From positions 14,133,899-14,197,898 of the forward strand of contig OZ176053.1 in NCBI GenBank assembly GCA_964247055.1: 64,000 nt of DNA, in the 5' to 3' direction. Origin of the DNA: Paragordius varius (lineage: Eukaryota > Animalia > Nematomorpha). The notes beneath the pieces were generated by a model. That model was not told the DNA's origin. It searched no databases and saw only the letters and a list, made by a program, of their open reading frames with translations. The translations under genes were made by a program, and so were the position numbers. Positions 45,501 through 57,180 of the stretch are shown here, one piece after another. Numbering within the stretch: position 1 is the stretch's first letter; each line of letters starts with the position of its first letter.

Positions 45501-47470
45501 GGGCTACCCAAAAAAAATTATAGTGACATCACCTGATCAAATTTGGATTTTAGGTAGCCATTTTTATTTTTAAAATCGTATAAAATAAATTTTTTAAATA
45601 TTTAAAAAATTCATAAAAATTACATTTATAGTCCGATCCCCAAAATATTTGGGGTGATGATGGAACTACCATAGGGCTACCCAAAAAAAATTATAGTGAC
45701 ATCACCTGATCAAATTTGGATTTTAGGTAGCCATTTTTATTTTTAAAATCGTATAAAATAAATTTTTTAAATATTTAAAAAATTCATAAAAATTACATTT
45801 ATAGTCCGATCCCCAAAATATTTGGGGTGATGATGGAACTACCATAGGGCTACCCAAAAAAAATTATAGTTACATCACCTGATCAAATTTGGATTTTAGG
45901 TAGCCATTTTTATTTTTAAAATCGTATAAAATAAATTTTTTAAATATTTAAAAAATTCATAAAAATTACATTTATACTCCGATCTCGAAAATATTTGGGG
46001 TGATGATGGAACTACCATAGGGCTACCCAAAAAAAATTATGGTGACATCACCTGATTAAATTTGGATTTTAGGTAGCCATTTTTATTTTTAAAATCGTAT
46101 AAAATAAATTTTTTAAATATTTAAAAAATTCATAAAAATTACATTTATAGTCCGATCCCCAAAATATTTGGGGTGATGATGGAACAACCATAGGGCTACG
46201 CAAAAAAAATTATGGCGACATCACCTGATCAAATTTGGATTTTAGGTAGCCATTTTTATTTTTAAAATCGTATAAAATAAATTTTTTAAATATTGAAAAA
46301 ATTCAAAATAATTACATTTATACTCCGATCTCGAAAATATTTGGGGTGATGATGGAACTACCATAGGGCTACCCAAAAAAAATTATGGCGACATCACCTG
46401 ATCAAATTTGGATTTTAGGTAGCCATTTTTATTTTTAAAATCGTATAAAATAAATTTTTTAAATGTTTAAAAAATTCATAAAAATTACATTTATACTCCG
46501 ATCTCGAAAATATTTGGGGTGATGATGGAACTGCCATAGGGCTACCCAAAAAAAATTATAGTGACATCACCTGATCAAATTTGGATTTTAGGTAACCATT
46601 TTTATTTTTAATATCGTATAAAATAAATTTTTTAAATATTTAAAAAATTCATAAAAATTACATTTATAGTCCGATCCCCAAAATATTTGGGGTAATGATG
46701 GAACTACCATAGGGCTACCCAAAAAAAATTATAGTGACATCACCTGATCAAATTTGGATTTTAGGTAGCCATTTTTATTTTTAAAATCGTATAAAATAAA
46801 TTTTTTAAATATTTAAAAAATTCATAAAAATTACATTTATACTCCGATCCCCAAAATATTTGGGGTGATGATGGAACTACCATAGGGCTACCCAAAAAAA
46901 ATTATGGTGACATCACCTGATCAAATTTGGATTTTAGGTAGCCATTTTTATTTTTAAAATCGTATAAAATAAATTTTTTAAATATTTAAAAAATTCATTA
47001 AAATTACATTTATACTCCGATCTCGAAAATATTTGGGGTGATGATGGAACTACCATAGGGCTACCCAAAAAAAATTATAGTGACATCACCTGATCAAATT
47101 TGGATTTTAGGTAGCCATTTTTATTTTTAAAATCGTATAAAATAAATTTTTTAAATATTTAAAAAATTCATAAAAATTACATTTATAGTCCGATCCCCAA
47201 AATATTTGGGGTGATGATGGAACTACCATAGGGCTACCCAAAAAAAATTATAGTGACATCACCTGATCAAATTTGGATTTTAGGTAGCCATTTTTATTTT
47301 TAAAATCGTATAAAATAAATTTTTTAAATATTTAAAAAATTCAAAAAAATTACATTTATACTCCGATCTCGAAAATATTTGGGATGATGATGGAACTACC
47401 ATAGGGCTACCCAAAAAAATTTATGGTGACATCACCTGATCAAATTTGGATTTTAGGTAGCCATTTTTAT
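33502..47470 (+). repeat. Tandem duplication of a ~6.9-7.1-kb (40-41-monomer) satellite block, with a nested ~2.6-2.76-kb (15-16-monomer) repeat
   Basis: Private markers are paired at 6899-7072 bp: gatacgc 33601/40673, 4-bp-deleted caaattttttagg ~35021/41920, acatcccc ~34832/41731, attgaaaaaattcaaaat 35937/42836, 36802/43701 and 39389/46292, tttgtgg 36331/43230. The nested period is shown by ttcatta at 37331/40091 and gggatgat at ~37718/40478 (spacing 2760). Confidence 0.85.
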
Positions 47471-50400
47471 TTTTAAAATTGTATAAAATAAATTTTTTAA
47501 ATATTTAAAAAATTCATAAAAGTTACATTTATAGTCCGATCCCCAAAATATTTGTGGTGATGATGGAACTACCATAGGGCTACCCAAAAAAAATTATGGT
47601 GACATCACCTGATCAAATTTGGATTTTAGGTAGCCATTTTTATTTTTAAAATCGTATAAAATAAATTTTTTAAATATTTAAAAAATTCAAAAAAATTACA
47701 TTTATACTCCGATCTCGACAATATTTGGGGTGATGATGGAATTACCATAGGGCTACCCAAAAAAAATTATGGTGACATCACCTGATCAAATTTGAATTTT
47801 AGGTAGCCATTTTTATTTTTAAAATCGTATAAAATAAATTTTTTAAATATTTAAAAAATTCATAAAAATTACATTTATAGTCCGATCCCCAAAATATTTG
47901 GGGTGATGATGGAACTACCATAGGGCTACCCAAAAAAAATTATAGTGACATCACCTGATCAAATTTGGATTTTAGGTAGCCATTTTTATTTTTAAAATCG
48001 TATAAAATAAATTTTTTAAATATTTAAAAAATTCATAAAAATTTTATACTCCGATCTCGAAAATATTTGGGGTGATGATGGAACTACCATAGGGCTACCC
48101 AAAAAAAATTATAGTGACATCACCTGATCAAATTTGGATTTTAGGTAGCCATTTTTATTTTTAAAATCGTATAAAATAAATTTTTTAAATATTTAAAAAA
48201 TTCATAAAAATTACATTTATAGTCCGATCCCCAAAATATTTGGGGTGATGATGGAACTACCATAGGGCTACCCAAAAAAAATTATGGTGACATCACCTGA
48301 TCAAATTTGGATTTTAGGTAGCCATTTTTATTTTTAAAATCGTATAAAATAAATTTTTTAAATATTTAAAAAATTCATAAAAATTTTATACTCCGATCTC
48401 GAAAATATTTGGGGTGATGATGGAACTACCATAGGGCTACCCAAAAAAAATTATAGTGACATCACCTGATCAAATTTGGATTTTAGGTAGCCATTTTTAT
48501 TTTTAAAATCGTATAAAATAAATTTTTTAAATATTTAAAAAATTCATAAAAATTACATTTATAGTCCGATCCCCAAAATATTTGGGGTGATGATGGAACT
48601 ACCATAGGGCTACCCAAAAAAAATTATAGTTACATCACCTGATCAAATTTGGATTTTAGGTAGCCATTTTTATTTTTAAAATCGTATAAAATAAATTTTT
48701 TAAATATTTAAAAAATTCATAAAAATTACATTTATACTCCGATCTCGAAAATATTTGGGGTGATGATGGAACTACCATAGGGCTACGCAAAAAAAATTAT
48801 GGTGACATCACCTGATCAAATTTGGATTTTAGGTAGCCATTTTTATTTTTAAAATCGTATAAAATAAATTTTTTAAATATTTAAAAAATTCATAAAAATT
48901 ACATTTATACTCCGATCTCGAAAATATTTGGGGTGATGATGGAACTACCATAGGGCTACCCAAAACAATTTATGGTGACATCACCTGATCAAATTTGGAT
49001 TTTAGGTAGCCATTTTTATTTTTAAAATTGTATAAAATAAATTTTTTAAATATTTAAAAAATTCATAAAAGTTACATTTATAGTCCGATCCCCAAAATAT
49101 TTGTGGTGATGATGGAACTACCATAGGGCTACCCAAAAAAAATTATGGTGACATCACCTGATCAAATTTGGATTTTAGGTAGCCATTTTTATTTTTAAAA
49201 TCGTATAAAATAAATTTTTTAAATATTTAAAAAATTCAAAAAAATTACATTTATACTCCGATCTCGACAATATTTGGGGTGATGATGGAATTACCATAGG
49301 GCTACCCAAAAAAAATTATGGTGACATCACCTGATCAAATTTGAATTTTAGGTAGCCATTTTTATTTTTAAAATCGTATAAAATAAATTTTTTAAATATT
49401 TAAAAAATTCATAAAAATTACATTTATTGTCCGATCCCCAAAATATTTGGGGTGATGATGGAACTACCATAGGGCTACCCAAAAAAAATTATAGGGACAT
49501 CACCTGATCAAATTTGGATTTTAGGTAGCCATTTTTATTTTTAAAATCGTATAAAATAAATTTTTTAAATATTTAAAAAATTCATAAAAATTACATTTAT
49601 ACTCCGATCTCGAAAATATTTGGGGTGATGATGGAACTACCATAGGGCTACCCAAAAAAAATTATAGTGACATCACCTGATCAAATTTGGATTTTAGGTA
49701 GCCATTTTTATTTTTAAAATCGTATAAAATAAATTTTTTTAATATTTAAAAAATTCATAAAAATTACATTTATAGTCCGATCCCCAAAATATTTGGGGTG
49801 ATGATGGAACTACCATAGGGCTACGCAAAAAAAATTATGGCGACATCACCTGATCAAATTTGGATTTTAGGTAGCCATTTTTATTTTTAAAATCGTATAA
49901 AATAAATTTTTTAAATATTTAAAAAATTCAAAAAAATTACATTTATACTCCGATCGCGACAATATTTGGGGTGATGATGGAACTACCATAGGGCTACCCA
50001 AAAAAAATTATGGTGACATCACCTGATCAAATTTGGATTTTAGGTAGCCATTTTTATTTTAAAATCGTATAAAATAAATTTTTTAAATATTTAAAAAATT
50101 CATAAAAATATACATTTATAGTCCGATCCCCAAAATATTTGGGGTGATGATAGAACTACCATAGGGCTACCCAAAAAAAATTATGGTGACATCACCTGAT
50201 CAAATTTGGATTTTAGGTAGCCATTTTTATTTTTAAAATCGTATAAAATAAATTTTTTAAATATTTAAAAAATTCATAAAAATTTTATACTCCGATCTCG
50301 AAAATATTTGGGGTGATGATGGAACTACCATAGGGCTACCCAAAAAAAATTATAGTGACATCACCTGATCAAATTTGGATTTTAGGTAGCCATTTTTATT

Positions 50401-52912
50401 TTTAAAATCGTATAAAATAAATTTTTTAAATATTTAAAAAATTCATAAAAATTACATTTATAGTCCGATCCCCAAAATATTTGGGGTGATGATGGAACTA
50501 CCATAGGGCTACCCAAAAAAAATTATAGTGACATCACCTGATCAAATTTGGATTTTAGGTAGCCATTTTTATTTTTAAAATCGTATAAAATAAATTTTTT
50601 AAATATTTAAAAAATTCATAAAAATTACATTTATACTCCGATCTCGAAAATATTTGGGGTGATGATGGAACTACCATAGGGCTACGCAAAAAAAATTATG
50701 GTGACATCACCTGATCAAATTTGGATTTTAGGTAGCCATTTTTATTTTTAAAATCGTATAAAATAAATTTTTTAAATATTTAAAAAATTCATAAAAATTA
50801 CATTTATACTCCGATCTCGAAAATATTTGGGGTGATGATGGAACTACCATAGGGCTACCCAAAAAAATTTATGGTGACATCACCTGATCAAATTTGGATT
50901 TTAGGTAGCCATTTTTATTTTTAAAATTGTATAAAATAAATTTTTTAAATATTTAAAAAATTCATAAAAGTTACATTTATAGTCCGATCCCCAAAATATT
51001 TGTGGTGATGATGGAACTACCATAGGGCTACCCAAAAAAAATTATGGTGACATCACCTGATCAAATTTGGATTTTAGGTAACCATTTTTATTTTTAAAAT
51101 CGTATAAAATAAATTTTTTAAATATTTAAAAAATTCAAAAAAATTACATTTATACTCCGATCTCGACAATATTTGGGGTGATGATGGAATTACCATAGGG
51201 CTACCCAAAAAAAATTATGGTGACATCACCTGATCAAATTTGAATTTTAGGTAGCCATTTTTATTTTTAAAATCGTATAAAATAAATTTTTTAAATATTT
51301 AAAAAATTCATAAAAATTACATTTATAGTCCGATCCCCAAAATATTTGGGGTGATGATGGAACTACCATAGGGCTACCCAAAAAAAATTATAGGGACATC
51401 ACCTGATCAAATTTGGATTTTAGGTAGCCATTTTTATTTTTAAAATCGTATAAAATAAATTTTTTAAATATTTAAAAAATTCATAAAAATTACATTTATA
51501 CTCCGATCTCGAAAATATTTGGGGTGATGATGGAACTACCATAGGGCTACCCAAAAAAAATTATAGTGACATCACCTGATCAAATTTGGATTTTAGGTAG
51601 CCATTTTTATTTTTAAAATCGTATAAAATAAATTTTTTAAATATTTAAAAAATTCATAAAAATTACATTTATAGTCCGATCCCCAAAATATTTGGGGTGA
51701 TGATGGAACTACCATAGGGCTACCCAAAAAAAATTATGGTGACATCACCTGATCAAATTTGGATTTTAGGTAGCCATTTTTATTTTTAAAATCGTATAAA
51801 ATAAATTTTTTAAATATTTAAAAAATTCAAAAAAATTACATTTATACTCCGATCTCGACAATATTTGGGGTGATGATGGAATTACCATAGGGCTACCCAA
51901 AAAAAATTATGGTGACATCACCTGATCAAATTTGAATTTTAGGTAGCCATTTTTATTTTTAAAATCGTATAAAATAAATTTTTTAAATATTTAAAAAATT
52001 CATAAAAATTACATTTATAGTCCGATCCCCAAAATATTTGGGGTGATGATGGAACTACCATAGGGCTACCCAAAAAAAATTATGGCGACATCACCTGATC
52101 AAATTTGGATTTTAGGTAGCCATTTTTATTATTAAAATCGTATAAAATAAATTTTTTAAATATTTAAAAAATTCAAAAAAATTACATTTATACTCCGATC
52201 GCGACAATATTTGGGGTGATGATGGAACTACCATAGGGCTACCCAAAAAAAATTATGGTGACATCACCTGATCAAATTTGGATTTTAGGTAGCCATTTTT
52301 ATTTTAAAATCGTATAAAATAAATTTTTTAAATATTTAAAAAATTCATAAAAATTACATTTATAGTCCGATCCCCAAAATATTTGGGGTGATGATAGAAC
52401 TACCATAGGGCTACGCAAAAAAAATTATGGCGACATCACCTGATCAAATTTGGATTTTAGGTAGCCATTTTTATTTTTAAAATCGTATAAAATAAATTTT
52501 TTAAATATTTAAAAAATTCAAAAAAATTACATTTATACTCCGATCTCGACAATATTTGGGGTGATGATGGAACTACCATAGGGCTACCCAAAAAAAATTA
52601 TGGTGACATCACCTGATCAAATTTGGATTTTAGGTAGCCATTTTTTATAAAATCTAAATTTTTTAAATATTTAAAAAATTCAAAAAAATTACATTTATAC
52701 TCCGATCTCGAAAATATTTGGGGTGATGATGGAACTACCATAGGGCTACCAAAAAAAATTATGGTGACATCACCTGATCAAATTTGGATTTTAGGTAGCC
52801 ATTTTTATTTTTAAAATCGTAATTTTGTCAATATTTATAAAATTCATAAAAATAACATTTATATTCCGATCTCAAAAATAATTGGGGTGATGATGGAACT
52901 ACTAAAGGGCTA

Positions 52913-53943
52913 TTTTCTGCATTCCCCCTATCCGTCGTCTATCATTTTTCGGCATTCCTCCTATCCGTCGTCGGTCATTTTTTAGCAATCATCCTATCCG
53001 TCGTCAGTCTGCTTCTGTCCCTCACTTTCTAGCCGTCGTCAGTTGGTTTTCTGCATTCCCCCTATCCGTCGTCAGTCATTTTTCAACAATCATTCTATCC
53101 GTCGTCAGTCATTTTTCGGCATTCCTCCTATCTGTCGTCAGTCATTTTTCAGCAATTATTCTATCCGTCGTCAGTCTGTTTCTGTTCCTCACTTTCTAGC
53201 CGTCGTCAGTTGGTTTTCTGCATTTCCCCTATCCGTCGTCAGTCATTTTTCAACAATTATCCTATCCGTCGTCAGTCATTTTTTAGCAATCATCCTATCC
53301 GTCGTCAGTCTGTTTCTGTCCCTCACTTTCTAGCCGTCGTCAGTTGGTTTTCTGCATTTCCCCTATCCGTCGTCAGTTGGTTTTCTGCATTTCCCCTATC
53401 CGTCGTCAGTCATTTTTCAACAATCATCCTATCCGTCGTCAGTCATTTTTCGGAATTCCTCCTATCCGTCGTCAGTCATTTTTTAGCAATCATCCTATCC
53501 GTCGTCAGTCTGTTTCTGCCCCTCACTTTCTAGCCGTCGTCAGTTGGTTTTCTGCATTTCCCCTATCCGTCGTCAGTCATTTTTCAACAATCATCCTATC
53601 CGTCGTCAGTCATTTTTTAGCAATCATCCTATTCGTCGTCAGTCTGTTTCTGCCCCTCACTTTCTAGCCGTCGTCAGTTGGTTTTCTGCATTTCCCCTAT
53701 CCGTCGTCAGTCATTTTTCGGCATTCCTCCTATCCGTCGTCAGTCATTTTTTAGCAATCATTCTATCCGTCGTCAGTCTGTTTTTGTCCGTCACTTTCTA
53801 GCCGTCGTCAGTTGGTTTTTTGCATTCCCCCTATCCGTCGTCAGTCATTTTTCAACAATCATTCTATCCGTCGTCAGTAATTTTTCGGTATTTCCCTATC
53901 CGTCGTCAGTCATTTTTGAACAATCATCCTATGTGTCGTCAGT
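52913..53943 (+). repeat. 33/35-bp compound minisatellite with conserved core CCGTCGTCAGT, 31 units (left arm)
   Basis: Core (tat)ccgtcgtcagt alternates with five spacer types: tggttttctgcattcccc, catttttcaacaatcatc, catttttcggcattcctc, cattttttagcaatcatc, and ctgtttctgtccctcactttctag (35-bp unit). Units were counted by eye. Confidence 0.95.
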
Positions 53944-54341
53944 CTCTTCCTAGTCGCCAATTCGTTTGCATTACTCCTCTCGAGAGATATGAAGAAATAT
54001 TTTAAGAAATTGTTAGAAGATATTAAAAAGCATATTTAAACATTTCCACGGGAATTCACTTTTAATCACACTATTTTGTAGGGCATTAATATTTTCCAGA
54101 CAAATCACAAAATTAACAATTACACACCCAAATCAATATAAACACTAATTTCCAAATATACAAATGTTTAAGCTTTTTTATAAATGTTTTAGATACAAGT
54201 TTTCAATTATTATTTAATGGTATCTAAAAACTGAAAATATGTTTTTTTCTGTGTTTTATTGTAATAATTAATATGATAACCTAGTATGAATCTTAGCACT
54301 CCTTAATAATTATGATTATTTAAAATATCTATAAAATAATG
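53944..54341 (+). repeat. Left inverted-repeat arm, segment A (reverse complement of ~59960-60290)
   Basis: tgttagaagatattaaaaagcatatttaaacatttccacgggaattcacttttaatcacac (from 54011) is the reverse complement of gtgtgattaaaagtgaattccggtggaaatgtttaaatatgttttttaatatcttctaac (~60199-60258). agtctcttcctagtcgccaattcgtt mirrors aacgaactggcgactgctaggaagagact. Homology continues to ctagtatgaatcttagcactccttaataattatga (~54281-54315). Confidence 0.93.
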
Positions 54342-54389
54342 ATGTAGGAATCGTCGTAAAATAACGCAAATAATAAAAATATAATTTTT

Positions 54390-54428
54390 TAATTCTCAAA
54401 TTTTTGCCATAGCATCATCAGGAGATTA
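54390..54428 (-). ncRNA. Degenerate minimal type-I hammerhead-ribozyme-like motif near the 3' end of the PLE remnant
   Basis: The minus strand reads TAATCTC-CTGATGA-TGC-TATG-GCA-AAAA-TTT-GAGAATTA. It has the CUGAUGA core, a 3-bp stem II, and stem I pairing of TAATCTC with GAGAATTA (one bulge). The GAAA box reads AAAA and stem III is too short, so it is probably inactive. Confidence 0.4.
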
Positions 54429-54719
54429 GTTAAGAAAAATATATATAATATAAGAAAATAATAATTAAAAAAATGAACAAAATCATGGTTGATGTTATTA
54501 TATAGGAAAATAATCACAAACCGTTAGTGAACAAAAGAAAGAAAGATCACTTAGAAAACCGTTGTGATGTAAAAAATCAAATGTGTATTTTTTTCACAAA
54601 AATTAATTGTAAATAAATGTATAAGCGTAAAATTATTAAAATTTAAGTAATATCTACACTATAAAATGGTTTGTCATTAAAAATTCGATAATTTTTTATA
54701 AATGATTTAGTTTCAGAAT

Positions 54720-55140
54720 TTATAGCTTTCCACGGCGATTAAGCAAACCATCTTCTGCGCTCTGTATAAAGAGGGCTTTTTTTGTTATACTTGCGCTGTG
54801 TTTTCTTTCAACGAAAACGTCAATTCTGTTTGAGCATTCATGGTTGTTATCCACGCAATGCAGAAACATGGCCGAACTTTTGCTTTTTTAATGTTCCTTA
54901 TATCTTACCTTTAAGTTTGGCTTTGACTGGCCTATGTAAATTGCCGGGCAGTTCTTGCATCTCAACTTGTATATCGTGTTTTCCATTTCCACTTCCTTAG
55001 ACTTTAAACGTTTGATGTTGGTTTATAAACTACTTTTATGTTACACAACCATCTGGATTTGCCGAAATAAGAGATAGATTTCTTTTTAAAATTTTGTTTA
55101 CTGTTGTTGTAATCCATTCTTTTTGATAGCCTTGTTGCTA
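54720..55140 (-). pseudogene. GIY-YIG endonuclease pseudogene fragment of Penelope-like type
   Basis: Manual minus-strand translation from 55019 gives NIKRLKSKEVEMENTIYKLRCKNCPAIYIGQSKPNLKVRYKEH*KSKSSAMFLHCVDNNHECSNRIDVFVERKHSASITKKALFIQSAEDGLLNRRGKL*. This fits the PLE endonuclease pattern (V/I)Y.I.C..C...YIG.T...L..R..EH...S....H......H....ALFI.....LN. There is an in-frame stop at 54888-54890. Upstream, in another frame and with further stops, lies QQGYQKEWITTTVNKILKR, which resembles the NGY-type motif in the linker between RT and endonuclease. Confidence 0.85.
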
Positions 55141-55179
55141 AATACTGTACAATTTCATTTGTTTGATATATCTGCATTT

Positions 55180-55410
55180 AATAATGTTTGTTTAGTTATT
55201 TTAACTTACGCTTTGTTTGTGTGTTTTCATTGTTTGCAATATTGATATTTTTTATTTGGGCCATCAATGTTTTACTATGTTTTTTAGTACATTTCAAACT
55301 AATCATCCTTTTTTTGTTATCGTTTAAAACGGTACTTTTGCAGCCGATAACATGTTAAAATAAAAACAATTATATTTTTTTATAATCATGTTTGCATAGT
55401 TTGGTATTTT
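55180..55410 (+). repeat. Left inverted-repeat arm, segment B (reverse complement of 59384-59612)
   Basis: cgtttaaaacggtacttttgcagccgataacatgtt (55321-55356) is the exact reverse complement of aacatgttatcggctgcaaaagtaccgttttaaacg (59440-59475). Colinear homology runs from ataatgtttgtttagttatt to catagtttggtatttt. Confidence 0.93.
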
Positions 55411-57180
55411 AAAACATATCAAAAAAAAATATATGATGGCATCCCAACTTTTTATTACCTTTTTGGTGTTATATTCTGCCCACCTTTTCTTCCTTAAAAA
55501 ACTCTTATATGATGGTGATATGTCAGAAACTTTGAATGAAGTTTTGCCTCAAATATTAAAAATTGTTTGATGTTAATTTTAAGTTGTTTAGATAGGGTTT
55601 TTTAGGCTTATTCAAACCAATCAAGGCAAATAGAAACTAAATTATAGGCCAATTAAGATTGTAAATATATGTTAAAATTATTAATTTTAAAGCTGAGTTA
55701 TCATTTTTTACAAAATAAAGATCAATCAAAAGGATTATAAAAAACAAAGTGATATTGAGAGATCTATTTAAAATCAAAAAAATGTCAGTGGATTAACGAG
55801 TTTAGTAAAGTAAAAATCTAAACAACAAATATTCATTAATTAAAATAAATGCAAAGAGTGTCAATAACTTTTAAATTTAAATTAGCGTAAAAAGATATTT
55901 TTCAAAATTCTAACATTTATTAAATTTATGCTATAAACATATTCTAATATTGTTTTTTAAGCTACTTTTTTAACTTAAGTTGTTAACTTCAAAAATGTTT
56001 GCAAAAAATATTATTATTTATAAAAAGCATAAAATGATATGTTTAATCATTTATAAATTCGTATTAATAACATAACTTTTATAGTTTTTAAAATAAAAAA
56101 AAATTCCAAACATGGTTAAAATTTATATAACCTTGATTTTCTATATTTACAAAAAAATAATTTTTATATTTTATATTTTTTAATATAAATGTCAATTAAT
56201 TAATGCATAGAAATATTTAAATTAAAAAAATATCATAATTTATTTATTTGTAAATTGAAATATATAATATTATTGTTAACAATATTTTTTAATATTTTAT
56301 TTATTTTGAGCACAATCTGTAAAAATATATATACGTCAAATTTTTTTTATTAAACATTGTTTTTAACAATATAGTTCTCCTTTTTGTTAATTTAAACTGT
56401 TAATAATTATTTGTTTTGCGTTTTGCCTGTTTTATCTAGATATTTCATTAAAAAAAATAATCATTTATTATTTTTAAATAAAAAATGTTTGTTAGAAACA
56501 AATACTATAATTTTTTAATAATTACTCTCAAAAAGTAATTAAATATCAAAATGATTATATTGATGTATATCATTATCTGATAAAATATTTATAGCAATAG
56601 AAGAGCTTATTCAATTGATGATCTACATATTTTCGATTTATTTAACAGGCTTTATACGTTTTATCCTACTTTTTTTTCCATTTTGTGAGTTATCAAAATC
56701 ATTAAATTAACGTAACTAATAATATAATTTAATTATTTCAGTAAACCTAATAGAAAATGCTATTTAATTAATACACATAATTATTTATTAATTTTAGGTC
56801 ACACTTTACAACTAAATAGAATTATTATAGAAATAAATAAATATGGTTTGTACTCCATACCAACTATAATAAAAATATTTTAACCGAAAACACATGGTGC
56901 GTTCGCTAAGAACTAATTTATATAAAAAATTTTAGTGAACTATGTTTTAATAAAGTTAAATTCATGTACATTATTTATAAAGTGACAACATATTACAATA
57001 GCATATGTTAGTCAAGAAAAAATAAAAAAATATCTTTTTTAAAATTAGATAAGAATATTATTTTTTTAAAAAAACATGTTTCTGATCTTTATAAACCAAA
57101 AATGTTTTATGCTATACAAAAAAATGTTGTTTTATTTAGGTAAATATTTTAGCAATTAAAATATAAAAACATATCTTATA

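Larger units (their letters stand above)
1..52912 (+). repeat. 173-bp AT-rich tandem satellite array, about 306 head-to-tail monomers, continuing off the left edge of the window
   Basis: The motif aatcgtataa recurs at 1 and 174, giving a 173-bp period. Consensus is approximately aatcgtataaaataaattttttaaatatttaaaaaattcataaaaattacatttatactccgatctcgaaaatatttggggtgatgatggaactaccatagggctacccaaaaaaaattatggtgacatcacctgatcaaatttggattttaggtagccatttttatttttaa. Monomers differ at a few recurrent sites (cata/caaa, tact/tagt, tctcg/tcccc, gaact/gaatt/gaaca, taccc/tacgc, atggtg/atggcg/atagtg). The last partial monomer ends in ...aaagggcta at 52912. Confidence 0.98.
54342..55179 (-). mobile_element. 5'-truncated, decayed Penelope-like retroelement (endonuclease-bearing PLE) inserted in the left arm
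   Basis: This segment is absent from the otherwise colinear right arm. It is flanked by aataatg at 54335-54341 and 55180-55186, whereas the empty site in the right arm has a single (t)ataatg. The minus strand encodes a GIY-YIG endonuclease remnant followed by a T-rich 3' region. Confidence 0.75.

Noticed and set aside
1-52912. Possible derivation of the 173-bp satellite from the 33-bp minisatellite (gatgat/atcatc and A-tract similarities)
   Set aside because: Only short low-complexity matches are visible, and I found no alignable homology by eye.
52913-53943. CRISPR-like look (constant core with variable spacers)
   Set aside because: The core is only ~11-14 bp, the spacers are related to one another and recur, there are no cas genes, and the context is a eukaryotic telomere.
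53043-54005. Six overlapping + strand ORFs with repetitive PIRRQSFF / SVVSHF peptides
   Set aside because: They are stop-free frames through the 33-bp minisatellite, shifted by the 35-bp units. They have non-ATG starts, overlap in different frames and show no domain.
54782-55000. 72-aa + strand ORF
   Set aside because: It is the antisense shadow of the GIY-YIG remnant on the minus strand, with a TTG start and no recognisable motif.
54342-55179. Terminal inverted repeats on the 840-bp insertion (atgtagga versus atgcagat)
   Set aside because: The match is too poor, and the coding content points to a retroelement rather than a TIR transposon.
55324-55550. A ~74-codon stop-free minus-strand stretch (GKTSFKVSDISPSYKSFLRKKRWAEYN...)
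   Set aside because: It has no upstream start and no recognisable motif, and it runs into the repeated arm sequence, so it is probably chance.
56880-56920. cacatggtgcgttcgctaagaactaat, loosely resembling a Helitron 3' hairpin plus CTAG end
   Set aside because: The hairpin does not pair properly, CTRR is absent and I see no matching 5' end. It is too weak to call without a library search.
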